Below, in pieces: positions 1-11,918 of a DNA stretch of 33,000 bases. The DNA is from Octopus bimaculoides (taxonomy: Eukaryota), in assembly GCF_001194135.2 (NCBI RefSeq), contig NC_068989.1:9386872-9419871 (forward strand), in the 5' to 3' direction. Both the position numbers and the translations under genes were made by a program. Below the pieces are notes generated by a model. That model ran no database searches. It was given only the letters and a program-made list of their open reading frames with translations, and had not been told where the DNA came from. How positions within the stretch are numbered: position 1 is the stretch's first letter; each line of letters begins with the position of its first letter.

Positions 1-48
1 GTGATGGTAGGGGGGGGGGCAAAAACACGTGCGCACAAACACGATATG

Positions 49-162
49 TTTCTTTCGGTTTCCGTCTACCAAATCCACTCACAAGGCTTTGGTCGGCCCG
101 AAGCTATAGTAAAAAAACACTTGCTCAAAGTGTCACGCAGTGGATGTGATCGAACCCAGAAC
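49..162 (-). mobile_element. tRNA-headed SINE, family A, partial copy lacking the A box
   Basis: Shares tttcgg/agtttccgtctaccaaa..cactcacaaggctttggtcggcccga.gctatag with the copy at 2790-2960; stops just past a degenerate B box (gaacccagaac). Confidence 0.8.
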
Positions 163-891
163 TTCATCCTCGCGTTAACGTGCTCCCTCAATTAAATTCT
201 AAGCCAAGATACTCGTTTGAAGAATGTTGATAGTAATTTTATGCGCACACTGAGTAGGAACTGATGTGTTATGTCTTCAAAGCAATCCTTTGGAAACAAT
301 GCATGATATGATATTAAGCAAAACCATCTCCAGAACTAAAATGAATATCCGGAGAAATTGCTGCTTAATGTATGCTTGATCTTATGAGCAGGTCGAACAA
401 GAATTAACTCAGGAAAACGGTATTATTAGAAATTGACCTTGTAGTTACGCCTGAAGTATCCAAGATGCCAATAATTAAAAGTTCATCATGATGTACATGG
501 TGGCTTCACAAGCTACACGCAATCGTCGAAAGCCTGATGGCCTGGTTGTTCGCAGGATGTTGGGAACTGTGTAAAGTATTTAAACCCTAACGATTCAAGG
601 GGATGTGGAAATATTTAGCGGTTGTGCTAGAGTAAACGCAAGACAAACGAAATTGTCCTTATGAATAAATTCCTTTTGGTGAGAGCGTGTGTGTGTGTGT
701 AGGTAATAACGAACGAGAGAAAAAGTACAAGTCATGTGCCATGACTTCTGAATTTTTTTGTACGAAAGCTTTTTCAGACAGCAGCTGAGCAGAACAATAG
801 CAGCCGCATGTCGCCATTGTTTGTTTTTGATTTTGTCGACTGCACATTACAGCACGGTCAGTGGGGCACTGTCTGTGAGAAGAACAGCACC

Positions 892-1630
892 ATGACGCAA
901 TTCACTCTACTTAAGATTTGGAAGCGACATGCTGTACAGCTTGACATTCATGACGGAAGCTCCAATACAAACATTTCAGAGTGTAAGGGCGTCAATCTGA
1001 GGACAGTGCAATCTGAGGACATGTACCGAGAGTGATAAAAATCAAACATCCAGACGACGTCATGGTGTTTGGAGTGATCACTAGTGGTGGTAATGTTATG
1101 CCTCCATTCATCTCCACACACGGCCTTACTCAATACGGAGGCCGACATCAAGTGCCTGGATGAGGTAGTGCTGCCCTGGGTCAAGAGGGTGGCTGCTGGA
1201 AGATCCTATGTCTGGCAACAGGACTCTGCACCATGCCACACAAGCAGGAGAACCCAGTCATGGCTGTCAGACAATTTTTGCGACCTCACCACCCTCTAAC
1301 ACCTAGCCACCTAACTCCCCAGACTGCAACTCCCTTGATTATTATATGTGGAGTACAGTTGAGCGAGACCAATAAAACTCCTTGTAACACCAAAGATGAA
1401 CTGAAGGCAAGGATTATGGCTGCATTCACCAACTTAAACAAGGAGGCCGCCCAGAAGAGTTGCAGGAGATTCCGAATTCGTCTAGAGGTCGTGGTTGAAG
1501 CCAATGGTGATTTTATTGAATAAATTTACTCTTTAGTATTTCAAGATATTTTTATGTAATTTTGGTAAATGAAACGTCAGTGATATTTTCATTTTTGCGT
1601 AATTTAGACAGTTTATTCACCACACTCTTT
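892..1630 (+). pseudogene. Tc1/mariner superfamily DD37D (maT-type) transposase pseudogene, internally deleted
   Basis: ATG892 MTQF...NISECKGVNLRTVQ (HTH-like). After a junction the frames read KHPDDVMVFGVITSGG, YVWQQDSAPCHTSRRTQSWLSDNF and, across a frameshift, T*PPNSPDCNSLDYY, ending ANGDFIE* at 1523. I count 37 residues between the QQD and SLD aspartates. The first catalytic D is missing. A TIR-like right end lies near 1595-1630; no left TIR was found. Confidence 0.9.
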
Positions 1631-1637
1631 GTGTGTG

Positions 1638-1713
<76 letters not shown>

Positions 1714-1764
1714 TATAAACAATATATGAGTATATGCATATATATGTACATGTATGTATATACC
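1630..1764. repeat. (CA)n/(TA)n compound microsatellite running into an assembly gap
   Basis: Read directly from the sequence. Confidence 0.97.
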
Positions 1765-2758
1765 NNNNNNNNNNNNNNNNNNNNNNNNNNNNNNNNNNNN
1801 NNNNNNNNNNNNNNNNNNNNNNNNNNNNNNNNNNNNNNNNNNNNNNNNNNNNNNNNNNNNNNNNNNNNNNNNNNNNNNNNNNNNNNNNNNNNNNNNNNNN
1901 NNNNNNNNNNNNNNNNNNNNNNNNNNNNNNNNNNNNNNNNNNNNNNNNNNNNNNNNNNNNNNNNNNNNNNNNNNNNNNNNNNNNNNNNNNNNNNNNNNNN
2001 NNNNNNNNNNNNNNNNNNNNNNNNNNNNNNNNNNNNNNNNNNNNNNNNNNNNNNNNNNNNNNNNNNNNNNNNNNNNNNNNNNNNNNNNNNNNNNNNNNNN
2101 NNNNNNNNNNNNNNNNNNNNNNNNNNNNNNNNNNNNNNNNNNNNNNNNNNNNNNNNNNNNNNNNNNNNNNNNNNNNNNNNNNNNNNNNNNNNNNNNNNNN
2201 NNNNNNNNNNNNNNNNNNNNNNNNNNNNNNNNNNNNNNNNNNNNNNNNNNNNNNNNNNNNNNNNNNNNNNNNNNNNNNNNNNNNNNNNNNNNNNNNNNNN
2301 NNNNNNNNNNNNNNNNNNNNNNNNNNNNNNNNNNNNNNNNNNNNNNNNNNNNNNNNNNNNNNNNNNNNNNNNNNNNNNNNNNNNNNNNNNNNNNNNNNNN
2401 NNNNNNNNNNNNNNNNNNNNNNNNNNNNNNNNNNNNNNNNNNNNNNNNNNNNNNNNNNNNNNNNNNNNNNNNNNNNNNNNNNNNNNNNNNNNNNNNNNNN
2501 NNNNNNNNNNNNNNNNNNNNNNNNNNNNNNNNNNNNNNNNNNNNNNNNNNNNNNNNNNNNNNNNNNNNNNNNNNNNNNNNNNNNNNNNNNNNNNNNNNNN
2601 NNNNNNNNNNNNNNNNNNNNNNNNNNNNNNNNNNNNNNNNNNNNNNNNNNNNNNNNNNNNNNNNNNNNNNNNNNNNNNNNNNNNNNNNNNNNNNNNNNNN
2701 NNNNNNNNNNNNNNNNNNNNNNNNNNNNNNNNNNNNNNNNNNNNNNNNNNNNNNNNNN
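1765..2758. other. Assembly gap (N). Other gaps: 9183-9199, 11062-11071, 14044-14667, 16074-16344, 23617-23712, 24813-25195, 27045-27973, 31485-31795
   Basis: N runs, nearly all flanked by microsatellites. Confidence 0.99.
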
Positions 2759-2789
2759 TATATATATATATATACATATATATATACAC

Positions 2790-2960
2790 ATATATACGAC
2801 GGGCTTCTTTCAGTTTCCGTCTACCAAATTCACTCACAAGGCTTTGGTCGGCCCGAGGCTATAGCAGAAGACACTTGCGCAAGGTGCCACGCAGTGGGAC
2901 TGAACCCGGAACCATGTGGTTGGCAAGCAAGCTACTTACCACACAGCCACGCCTACGCCT
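2790..2960 (-). mobile_element. tRNA-headed SINE, family A, well-preserved head
   Basis: The minus strand reads ggcgtggctgtgtggtaag (A box) ... gggttcagtccc (B box) ... gacggaaactgaaagaagcccgtcg, then (TA)n. About nine related copies occur in the window. Assignment to a named octopus SINE family needs a Repbase/Dfam search. Confidence 0.9.
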
Positions 2961-3118
2961 GTTATTAGGATTATTTCAATATACTCCACATAAATCCATC
3001 ATGTAAAGGGGCCGGGGTGAGAACATGTAGCTTAATTTCATCTACATCAATACTGATGGCAATGTTATCACCTGAGCACACAGTTTCATTCTTTGTTATA
3101 ATGGAGTTTGTGATGAGG

Positions 3119-3119
3119 C

Positions 3120-3150
<31 letters not shown>

Positions 3151-3200
3151 TGTATCTGTCTGTGTGTCTATGTGTGCGCGCGCGCGTGCGTGCGTACGTA
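3119..3200. repeat. (TG)n-(CG)n alternating purine-pyrimidine microsatellite
   Basis: Read directly from the sequence; includes tgtgcgcgcgcgcgtgcgtgcg. Confidence 0.95.
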
Positions 3201-4144
3201 CGTTAATCAAAATTTGAAACGTCTTTTGGATCACTGTAGATTGAATAGTAATATCGTAAAATTTCCAATTTTAATAGATTTCAATAGAAATGTTCTTTTT
3301 ATTCTCTTTTCAACGACTTCATTATCAACGTTTCTCATTCACTGAGGTCGGATTTCCGCATCTTTGTTTCTGTCAGCCACCATTAATTTGCTTTAACAGA
3401 ATCGCTTTCTACGTCTCTCATTCACCCCATGAGGTAAATAACTTTGAAAGAACTCATTTGGCCAAGTACTTCCTGAACTTGGTTGTTATTTCTAGTAGGT
3501 CGAGCGACTACGTAAAAGTTTTAATTATTTCGAAATTAATATTTCCACACGCAATATCATTATTAATAATCTCAGAGAAATTTTGTTGGAAAAAATTACT
3601 CCTAAAAATATGTTGTACTGGACTGAAGTGTTTCTTAGACATTTCATTTAGCATTTATTGTTTGAAAGAATGATACGGATTGTTATACATACATCTCTGA
3701 TAACGTAAATTTGACTCATCAAAATTATTTGTCCTCATTATTTTTACCCGTTCATATTCTTCTCTTATATCTTTCACTCACTATGATGCATTGGCCATCG
3801 ACAATTTTCTCCACTGTTCTCGACTCTAAGCAGCCCTCTCCCCCAGGTTTCGTTCGTTTCAATTTGTCATTGATGCTTCTCTAACATTTACTAACTTCTT
3901 AGTAGAGGCGCTGGCTTTAAGCAAATATTAGTCTAGCTTCCATTCTTTGACCTCTTCAGCATAGGATTCTGCGCCGCTGGTATAGCTCTGGCAATCATTG
4001 AAACATAGAAACCATCGCACTGTAAAAAGAACTGAACCTATATTGCAGAAGCCAAATATTAAAGACACAACAAAGAATTAGCAGCTTCTTCAAGTCTGTT
4101 TCCTAAAGAGAGTGACGCAAGTATCCGACTCTTCCAACAATATA

Positions 4145-4559
4145 CAGGGTGTCCGCAAATAAAAAAAGAATTAACATAATTTTATGTTTATTAACTACTT
4201 AATTATAATATCAAAATAATAGATTTATAAATCTTATGTTGAAATACAGGTACAACAGAAACAGGAAGAAAGAGTGAGAGAAAGTTGTGGTGAAAGAGTA
4301 CAGCAGGGTTCGCCACCATCCCCTGCCGGAGTCTAGTGGAGCTTTAGGTGTTTTCGCTCAATAAACACTCACAACGCCCGGTCTGGGAATCGAAACCACG
4401 ATCCTACAACCGCGAGTCCGCTGCCCTAACCAATGGGCCATTGCGCCTCCACTTATACACTTTTAACACATACTAAACATGATAAAGATAATAAAAGTGA
4501 GTTTTTAACCATAATCTTCCGATTTCACTGAAATGGATAGTTAATTCTGGAACACCCTC
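4145..4559. mobile_element. Possible degraded Tc1/mariner-type non-autonomous element hosting a SINE
   Basis: TA|cagggtgtcc at the left and gaacaccctc|TA at the right, matching typical CAGGGTG ends with TA flanks. The TIR match beyond about 8 bp is poor. Confidence 0.4.
4239..4452 (-). mobile_element. tRNA-derived SINE, second family, 3' truncated
   Basis: The minus strand reads gtggaggcgcaatggcccattggttagggcagcggactcgcgg...gtttcgattcccagacc, with A and B boxes at tRNA-like spacing, followed by a GC-rich body ending gttgtacctgtatttcaa. Confidence 0.85.
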
Positions 4560-5272
4560 TATTAGTGTCTGGTGATGTTATTCAGCCAGACACAAGTTAC
4601 AAGTTCGCAACAGCTGCTCTTGACTCGCAGAGATAAATATCTGTCGGAATGGTTTCAGTCACCAAATAATTTCACTATAGAACACTATAGAACAGACGTG
4701 ACACCATTATATATGTTTTGTATGCGCTAATCAAATTTTAAAAAGACAAGTTGAACAGTGAGATAAAGAAAGATTGTGCATTCATCTCGAGAGATTAAAA
4801 AATTAACGGGGAGGAGAAATCTAGAATTTTAAAAATTCCTGAGTATTTGAAATGTCACAAAGCTTGTTTGAAACTAATATTCCCAATTATGGTGATATTG
4901 TTAAAATTACTCAGTATTTTTTCTTGTGAAAAAACATGCTTCTTGCATGTTTTATGCCATGCGTACAATCGTTTAGGTCAAAAAGACCACTCTCTGTTAC
5001 TTTCCAGGGTTACAATTCAAATGACACCAAATATAGCTGATGTTATTGCTAAGTAAAGACGACGACCACGTTGCAAAATGGTTAGAAGCAAATTGGTAGA
5101 TGTGACCATTACACACTCGCGTTGCCAAAATGAATTACAACTAAGCATATTCATAAAATGAAAGTCGTGTACATCTGTACACATTCATTTATTTTTCCTC
5201 TTTAATATCTGATGACTAAACGGTCGTGGTTTATTTGGAGTAAATTATGTTCTGTGTCTGATCAACTAATAC

Positions 5273-5493
5273 ATCACTGGAAGCTCGAGAATTTCTTCGA
5301 TTTATAAAGTTCTTGATATTGCCATTAATACCATGCTTGCACAAACACCATCGAAAAATTCATTTTTGTTTCCAATAAAAGCTGGTGAAATTTGGTACAA
5401 GTAACACTCTATGATTATTGAATTGATAAATCACTGGAAACTGAAGAATTTCTTGGGGTTTGTAAAGTTCGTAATATTGCTAGTAATAATACC
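5273..5493 (+). repeat. Old diverged direct repeat of about 60 bp (5273-5332 and 5430-5493), period 157
   Basis: Both copies read atcactggaa...agaatttctt..ttt.taaagttc.t.atattgc...taatacc; roughly 75 percent identical by eye. Confidence 0.65.
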
Positions 5494-6096
5494 GTTAATT
5501 CCCTTTCAACTTCTTTTACGTTAAGTTGGAGAACATGCGATGACGCAAGCAGTGTGCTCGTAAGAAAATCTTGAGTTGCTGGTAGAATGAAGGATTTGCG
5601 ACTTAAATCTCTCGAAACTCATAGTCATTTCTTTTTTCACTTTTATCTATTAAAGATGTGACTTCACAATATAGTGTTCTAAAACCAAAATGGCGCGATG
5701 TTTGTATCCTCGTGAAGTTTTCTCCGAACAACGAAAATCTTTAAATAATTATAGGAATTTGAGGTAGCTATGGTGAAACTCATGTTTATTCAGTTTCCCT
5801 AAGATAAACTGTGCTACTAGACGGACAGAACATGACTGTTCCTACAAGAGAAGTGCACACATTATGGCAAATTAATTTCTAGAACAAATTAATGATGGTT
5901 GTAATAGCATGAATTATTGGAAGTGAGAAACAAATGGCGAAATTTGTTCCATACTTTGAAGTGCGTTTAAAACAAAAGTTCAATTCGGTGATGGATAACG
6001 TATCGAAGATATTACAACACAGAAGTACAATGTCAGCTATTTATATCCAGAGCCTTGCTCACATGACAGCCAAGATCACTGAAGGAAAGGGAAATG

Positions 6097-6175
6097 CGTG
6101 CATGTGTGTGTGTGTATGTGTGTTTGTGTGTGTGTATGTGTGTGTGTGTGTGTGTATGTGTGTGTATGTATATGT

Positions 6176-6212
<37 letters not shown>
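6097..6212. repeat. (TG)n microsatellite with TA interruptions
   Basis: Read directly from the sequence. Confidence 0.95.
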
Positions 6213-6213
<1 letters not shown>

Positions 6214-8039
6214 AAAAACTGGCTAATCAGCGTTCGATGATTGAGAGCCTATCTCCGGATAGAAGAAACAACAATTAAGCTACACTGCACAACGAGTCAT
6301 TGACAGAATAAAACTTGTCAAGAAGATCGGTACCGTTGGTTTGCTAGCAGCGAGTAATTGATGAACAACAGCCCGTGAAGAATTAACAGAAGTTTTATTC
6401 ACTGCACACAGTACTTTTTATATTGTTCTTTGAATGATGAATATAAACAATAATTTATACACATGGGAAAAGATAAACTCTGCAGTTATGACAAAATAGC
6501 TGGTTAGTATAGCTCCCTGACTAGTTCTCACGATTGGAGAAATGCACTAAATTCATGGCAACTAATATGTGGCTAAAAACTCGGCCGAGTAAGAAGTTTT
6601 TAAAACAATTGTTGGCAAGCTATTTCTGATTTTGCTGAAAAATGAAAATGAGAATGTGGTTGCCATCACAACCGTCTCCAACATTCTGAAGTTTAGCACC
6701 AAAAATTTGACTAATTATTAACCTTATTAAAAGGGTTCTAGAATTTTCTAGAAGGTCGCATCATGAGATGGCTAATCGGCCGATCACGTGAAATGAGTAT
6801 GGTTAAGCCGTGACTTCTACTCAGCTATTTCAGCGATTCAGTTTCGAATCTGCCATAAACTCATCACCCTGAAGTCCATCATCACCAGACACCAACTGAC
6901 AGTTATTCTTCACCGTAATCGATAGTTATCATTTCTAAAGAAGTAATTCAGACACGAGACATACAAAATCTTTGCAAATATCAAAAGCCTTCAACTCAGT
7001 ACTATGACCGGCATTGAGTTATATCATAATAGCTTAAGAATTCTTCTGGAGGGATATCATGATATCATTGATATTGACGCGTTCTTGAATCAGAAAACAA
7101 CTCAGTTTTGTAATCACTGGCAGCCTTCGAAGTTGACGCGGTCATTCAGTAACTTCAGGTAAAGTAGGTTGTAGTGGGGTTCAGTGTATGATGAAACCCC
7201 TTCCATGCAGTAGAGAGTAGCATTACATGGGTAGCGAAATTTTTGTCACTAGTGTTGTAATTTTTAACTAAAGAGGAAAACTCCGGACTCAGGAGTAAAC
7301 GAAAGATTCCAAAATGCCCCCGAAAAATAAATCAAAATAATATTTTACAGAGAGCCCCAAGCAAAGGTGTTTGTTAATTTATAGCATACCTTTTGCCAAG
7401 TTTCGAAACATTTCGCTTAGACACCCAGTTTAGATCTGCAGTTTAAAAATATTTCCATGAAATCCAGACCAGTTAAGAGAAATTAACTGTATTGTCATAA
7501 GAGGCATGAACACTTACGTGAACATGATTCGATCTGTCCGTATCACCTGGTAAGAAATTAATAAAGTGATGTGCTTGAAAGAAAGTTATATGAAATTCCT
7601 GCCAAATAATTTTGCCGGGGTTTCTAGAAGCTTTGCTAAAAACTATAAAAAGTCAGAATATTGAACTCCAAAACAGAACGACCTCAGACGCAACATGTAA
7701 CTCTTTCACTCAGTTCGTTCCATAGTAGGTGTTCTCACTTTTTCTGCATGTTTTGCCTATAACAACTACGACCAATTATCATATAATTAAGTAAAATAGT
7801 ATTTCTTTTCTACACAGTGGAAACGTCAAATTATCACATACACGATAACATGAATGCCTTTCAATTCAATTAACTCAACTGTTCGAAGTAATAAAAAATA
7901 TTGAAACATATTATCATTAGTGTGGTCATTCTTACTTTAGCATGCAGCCCACCAACTTACTGTCCTACTGTTGTGTATCACCAATGACAAAATGATTATC
8001 ACCACCAAAAACACATTATAAATGTAATCTTCCGAGAGT

Positions 8040-8191
8040 CTCAACTGCAACGTAGGCATTAACATCCTACAGAAACAATCTTATTACAGCAAATCTAGGC
8101 TGTTCATGAATTATTGATATCTCAAATTCCTGTAGCCTTACAACTGTTAGTACTAATAATCTCTTGAAAACTCTCCTGGGGGTGGCTACAC
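8040..8191. repeat. 152-bp unique-looking segment, exact reverse complement of 12639-12790
   Basis: Base-by-base comparison found no mismatch. Confidence 0.97.
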
Positions 8192-8541
8192 TAATGATAA
8201 TATATATATACACACACACACATCGTTGCTTGCTTTCACAACATATATCAGAGTTTGATAGAATATCCTCAGGAATGGAGTTTTTAATTCCACATGCACT
8301 GCTTGTGTGCATGCTTCTATTTGTAAACCCAGCAATTAATTGTAAGAATGTCCTTTGATCCAATTTTGTGCTCACTAACCCCTAGCGAGAAGCCAAAATA
8401 GAAGATTCTTGTATAAAAAAATCTGCAAAGTGTTTGGAATTCATGTCAGTGAAAACACACACACACAAACATAGATAGATAGATAGATAGATAGATAGAG
8501 AAAGTAATATACACAGATACGTACTTTAGGATACAATTGAT

Positions 8542-8690
8542 GGTTAGGTGTATTCGAACTCACGATCATAAAGTCGTGAGTTCGAAGCCCAGCAGTGTGT
8601 TGTGTTCTTGAGCAAGACACTGCACGGCACCTTGAGCATGTGTCTTCTACCAAAGCCTTCGGAGTGGATTTGACAGGCAGAATCTGAGTG
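8542..8690 (+). mobile_element. Chimeric SINE: a different tRNA head joined to family A body
   Basis: ggttaggtgtattcg...gagttcgaagccc (B box)...ttgagcaagacact is followed by gcacggcaccttgagcatgtgtcttctac-caaagcctt-ggagtggatttg, which matches the family A body with internal deletions. Confidence 0.65.
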
Positions 8691-8702
8691 GTAGATAGGC
8701 CT

Positions 8703-9112
8703 GTTATTATTCAGTATTACTTCAAGATGTCTTGCCAATAGAGAAAGAGCCGGTTTATAAACTTAGACCTAAGTCAGCCCTATTCGAATTTCAACCACAT
8801 TAACAAGGTATTCGTGCATGGTTGTGTGTACATGTGCAATATCTGGAGTCAGTGCATGTGCAGATTTGTACGTTTTGTTTTTATGTATGCATTCTCATGC
8901 ATATAGTTGCACGTCTAGGCATACGCATATATATATTTAAATGCTGAGTCTCTGGAAAGTTTTACAAATTTTGACAGTTCCATTGATGGCTTGAATCTGT
9001 AATCTTCTAATTAGCTTTCTCCTTTCTGCTTACAAGACTCCTAATTTCATAAGATTCATATTAAAGTAGTTTGTTAGGTATTCCAGTGTCCCAATAATTA
9101 CAGGTATAAATT
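8703..9112 (-). mobile_element. 5'-truncated non-LTR retrotransposon 3' end, RLE-endonuclease type (R4/Dong-like)
   Basis: The minus frame reads FIPVIIGTLEYLTNYFNMNLMKLGVL*AERRKLIRRLQIQAINGTVKICKTFQRLSI* (stop 8937-8939). This resembles the IPVIIGALG...GT.KI C-terminus of RLE-clade ORFs. The 3' UTR ends in a short taataa tail. Clade assignment is from recalled motifs. Confidence 0.7.
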
Positions 9113-9144
9113 ATCGGGACACTTGTAATCCAGGTAGAGTAGCT

Positions 9145-9291
9145 GTATGTATGTACGTATATATATATATATATATATATATNNNNNNNNNNNNNNNNNT
9201 TGTACGTATGTATGTACTTATGTATGCGTCTATATACGTACGCACACAAAAATGCATACACACATTGCACACATACATGTATGCAGGTATA

Positions 9292-9339
<48 letters not shown>

Positions 9340-9510
9340 CTATGTGTGTGTGTCTATGTGCGTGTGCGTGTATGTGTGCGTATGTGTGTGTGTCTATGTC
9401 TGTCTGTGTGTGTATGTGTATGTCTGTGTGTGCGTGTATGTGTGTCTGCATGTGTGTGTCTGTGAGTGTATATATCTATGTGTGCGTGTATGTGTGCGCG
9501 CGCACGCGTA
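9145..9510. repeat. Compound (TA)n/(TG)n microsatellite
   Basis: Read directly from the sequence. Confidence 0.95.
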
Positions 9511-9829
9511 TAATACTTCTACTTTCGACATGTTATTGCTGAAATATTTTCATAATTATTTTTCCCGTACTTTAGGATACAATTGATAAAATATTATATA
9601 TGAGTGATCATTGGATGTGAGAATGGTATAATTAAATTAATCCAAAACATATATATATATATTTATAAAAATTTTCGAGCAAAAGCACTCAGGCATACGT
9701 CTTGTGTGTGTGTGGTGGGGGGTATAACCGAAAGATGTTTGTTTTATCAACAGCTGAAGAGGAGGTTGTGTGAGCTGTTTGCTTTTCTTTGAGTTTTAAG
9801 TTGAATGTTAGGCACATACTTAAACATAC

Positions 9830-9885
9830 ACACACATGTACAAGTGTGTGTGTGCGCGCGCGCTCTTGTATTAAGCTCATTTGTG

Positions 9886-9921
<36 letters not shown>

Positions 9922-10240
9922 TATAAATATATATAAGTAAATGAGTATATGCATATATACGTACAGGTATGTGCATACCGACATCCACCTGTATGTATAG
10001 GTGCATATCTGGGTACAGGACATTGCAAACAAACGTAGACGAGAACACACGAGCCACATAGAGAACATTCTACTTCATCAGCTACCCACGTTTTAACACC
10101 GATATATTTATATATATATACACACACACACATATATGCATATACACGCAAATATATGCACACACACACACACATACAAAATTACATACATATAAGTATG
10201 TGTGTGGGTATATATATATATACATACACACATTATACAT

Positions 10241-10299
<59 letters not shown>

Positions 10300-10410
10300 T
10301 GATGGCTGTCCACTCGTGACCGAGGAAGACCATAATATACATAGATACATACATGCATACGTACATATACATGTACACGCGCGCGCACACACACACACAC
10401 ACATTTGTTG
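9830..10410. repeat. Cluster of (TA)n/(CA)n/(TACA)n microsatellites
   Basis: Read directly from the sequence. Confidence 0.9.
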
Positions 10411-11026
10411 ACTGACACGGATGACTGACACTTCATACATTTTATTCAAAAATATCCATTTCGGGGGTTTTCGCTGTAGGGTGGAGAGCACAGACTCAGA
10501 TCAAAAAACCCTCTTGCAATATGATGCCATCACCTCCACATTTTTATTATCAATTGGGGAATTCCAGCACTTGACAAGTAACTTTTATATACATGTATCT
10601 TTGAGCGTGTGTATATGTGTGAAGGAGAGGGGTGTCCATGGCTGACCAGCTGTGCCGACAGATTATTGAAAAAGTCATCTTTGTAGTTTAGTAATGTAAA
10701 TTGACAATTACGGTTCATAAATACAATATGAAAGAAAATGTGTTATAAGTACAGAATAAAGCAAAAATTACAGCTGTAGCTTTTTAAACCGAATTATACA
10801 TACATACATACATAGAGATAAAAAATATGCGTATATATATATATATATATTTGTGTATATTGTGTGTGTTTGTGTGCACCTGTATATATATATATAATGT
10901 TTTTAGGAGGTTAATTTTTGAAAGTTGCATTCCCTCGCTTTCGGTAAATATGTGCTTATTCTTTGGTAGTTTTGACTTATTTAGTCCCTCTAAGCGTGAG
11001 GCATTACTATATAGTAATGCCCTTAT

Positions 11027-11061
<35 letters not shown>

Positions 11062-11918
11062 NNNNNNNNNNATATACATGTTGTGCTTTAAAATTGGATT
11101 GCTTTTTCATTATAGTGACTGTATATTTTTTAAACATACTACGAAAATATGTGTGAATTCAATGCATCATTTTCCTTATAATTCTTTTAATTTCAAATAT
11201 CGCCTCAGGTTATGAAGAAGAGTCTATCACCATTCACCATTGCAATAGCTACGTCTACCAGGGAAGCTGATTGTGTACGGAAAATTTTAGGTGTGGTTTC
11301 GTGAAAATCCATTTTAAACTGTTGACGATGATCAAAGTGTTAGCGTTTATGAATAGATGTCTGTTGTATTATTTATATGAAAGATTACCACATTGAAATA
11401 ACAGTTTGAAACGAATGCTAACACCTCAAAAAAAAAATATCGGAAAACGGTTTCTGAAGTTGTTTGTAACTAAAACTAAAATTATTGTCTGCTATAAGAC
11501 ATTTTCACTGGCTAGAAATTTCTTGAAGCTGTAATTATTCCTAAGCAACGAATGTTCTAAGATAAAAAAGGAAAAAGTAACATATAAATTTCCTAACAGT
11601 AATTATTTCCATTTTTAATGAAATTTCTCACTTCATAAAATGTTTGAGTAAGTCGCAGATTATATCATGCTGAATATTTCTAATAAGGATGAAATAGTGC
11701 TATACTGGATCATCACCGACCAGAAACTTTAAGAACTTCGTAATGCATAAACAAAAAATGAAAGATACGTGCATTCTGTGCATATTTTTCCTTGTAATTC
11801 ATTGATTTTAAGCTCAAATTCCTCATCTCACCACATATTTTGAATAAGTGTTTATTTGTCTTGTAATAGCTGCGACCACTAGAGGAACCACGTGTGTGTG
11901 AAAATATAACTGGCATTC

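Noticed and set aside
640-890. Left TIR of the maT element
   Set aside because: Only an 8-9 nt match (tgaataaa near 663) to the right end was found, which is not enough to call.
1613-3006. Long ORFs of 370-460 aa in the track; similar ones at 13535-14926, 15951-16451, 24748-25281, 26952-28196 and 31066-32361
   Set aside because: They are open only because they cross N gaps and (TA/CA)n microsatellites.
3400-3433. Plus-strand 34-nt exon candidate (tttaacag|...|gtaaat); a similar one lies near 10481-10578
   Set aside because: There is no supporting homology. It shows that good splice-site pairs arise on both strands by chance, which also lowers confidence in the other exon candidates.
4380-4452. 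Possible tRNA gene
   Set aside because: It has A and B boxes but no convincing acceptor stem and continues into a SINE body, so it is a SINE head.
9085-9123. Collapsed Tc1 MITE made of two joined TIRs
   Set aside because: One arm is in-frame LINE coding sequence, so a junction fold-back explains it better.
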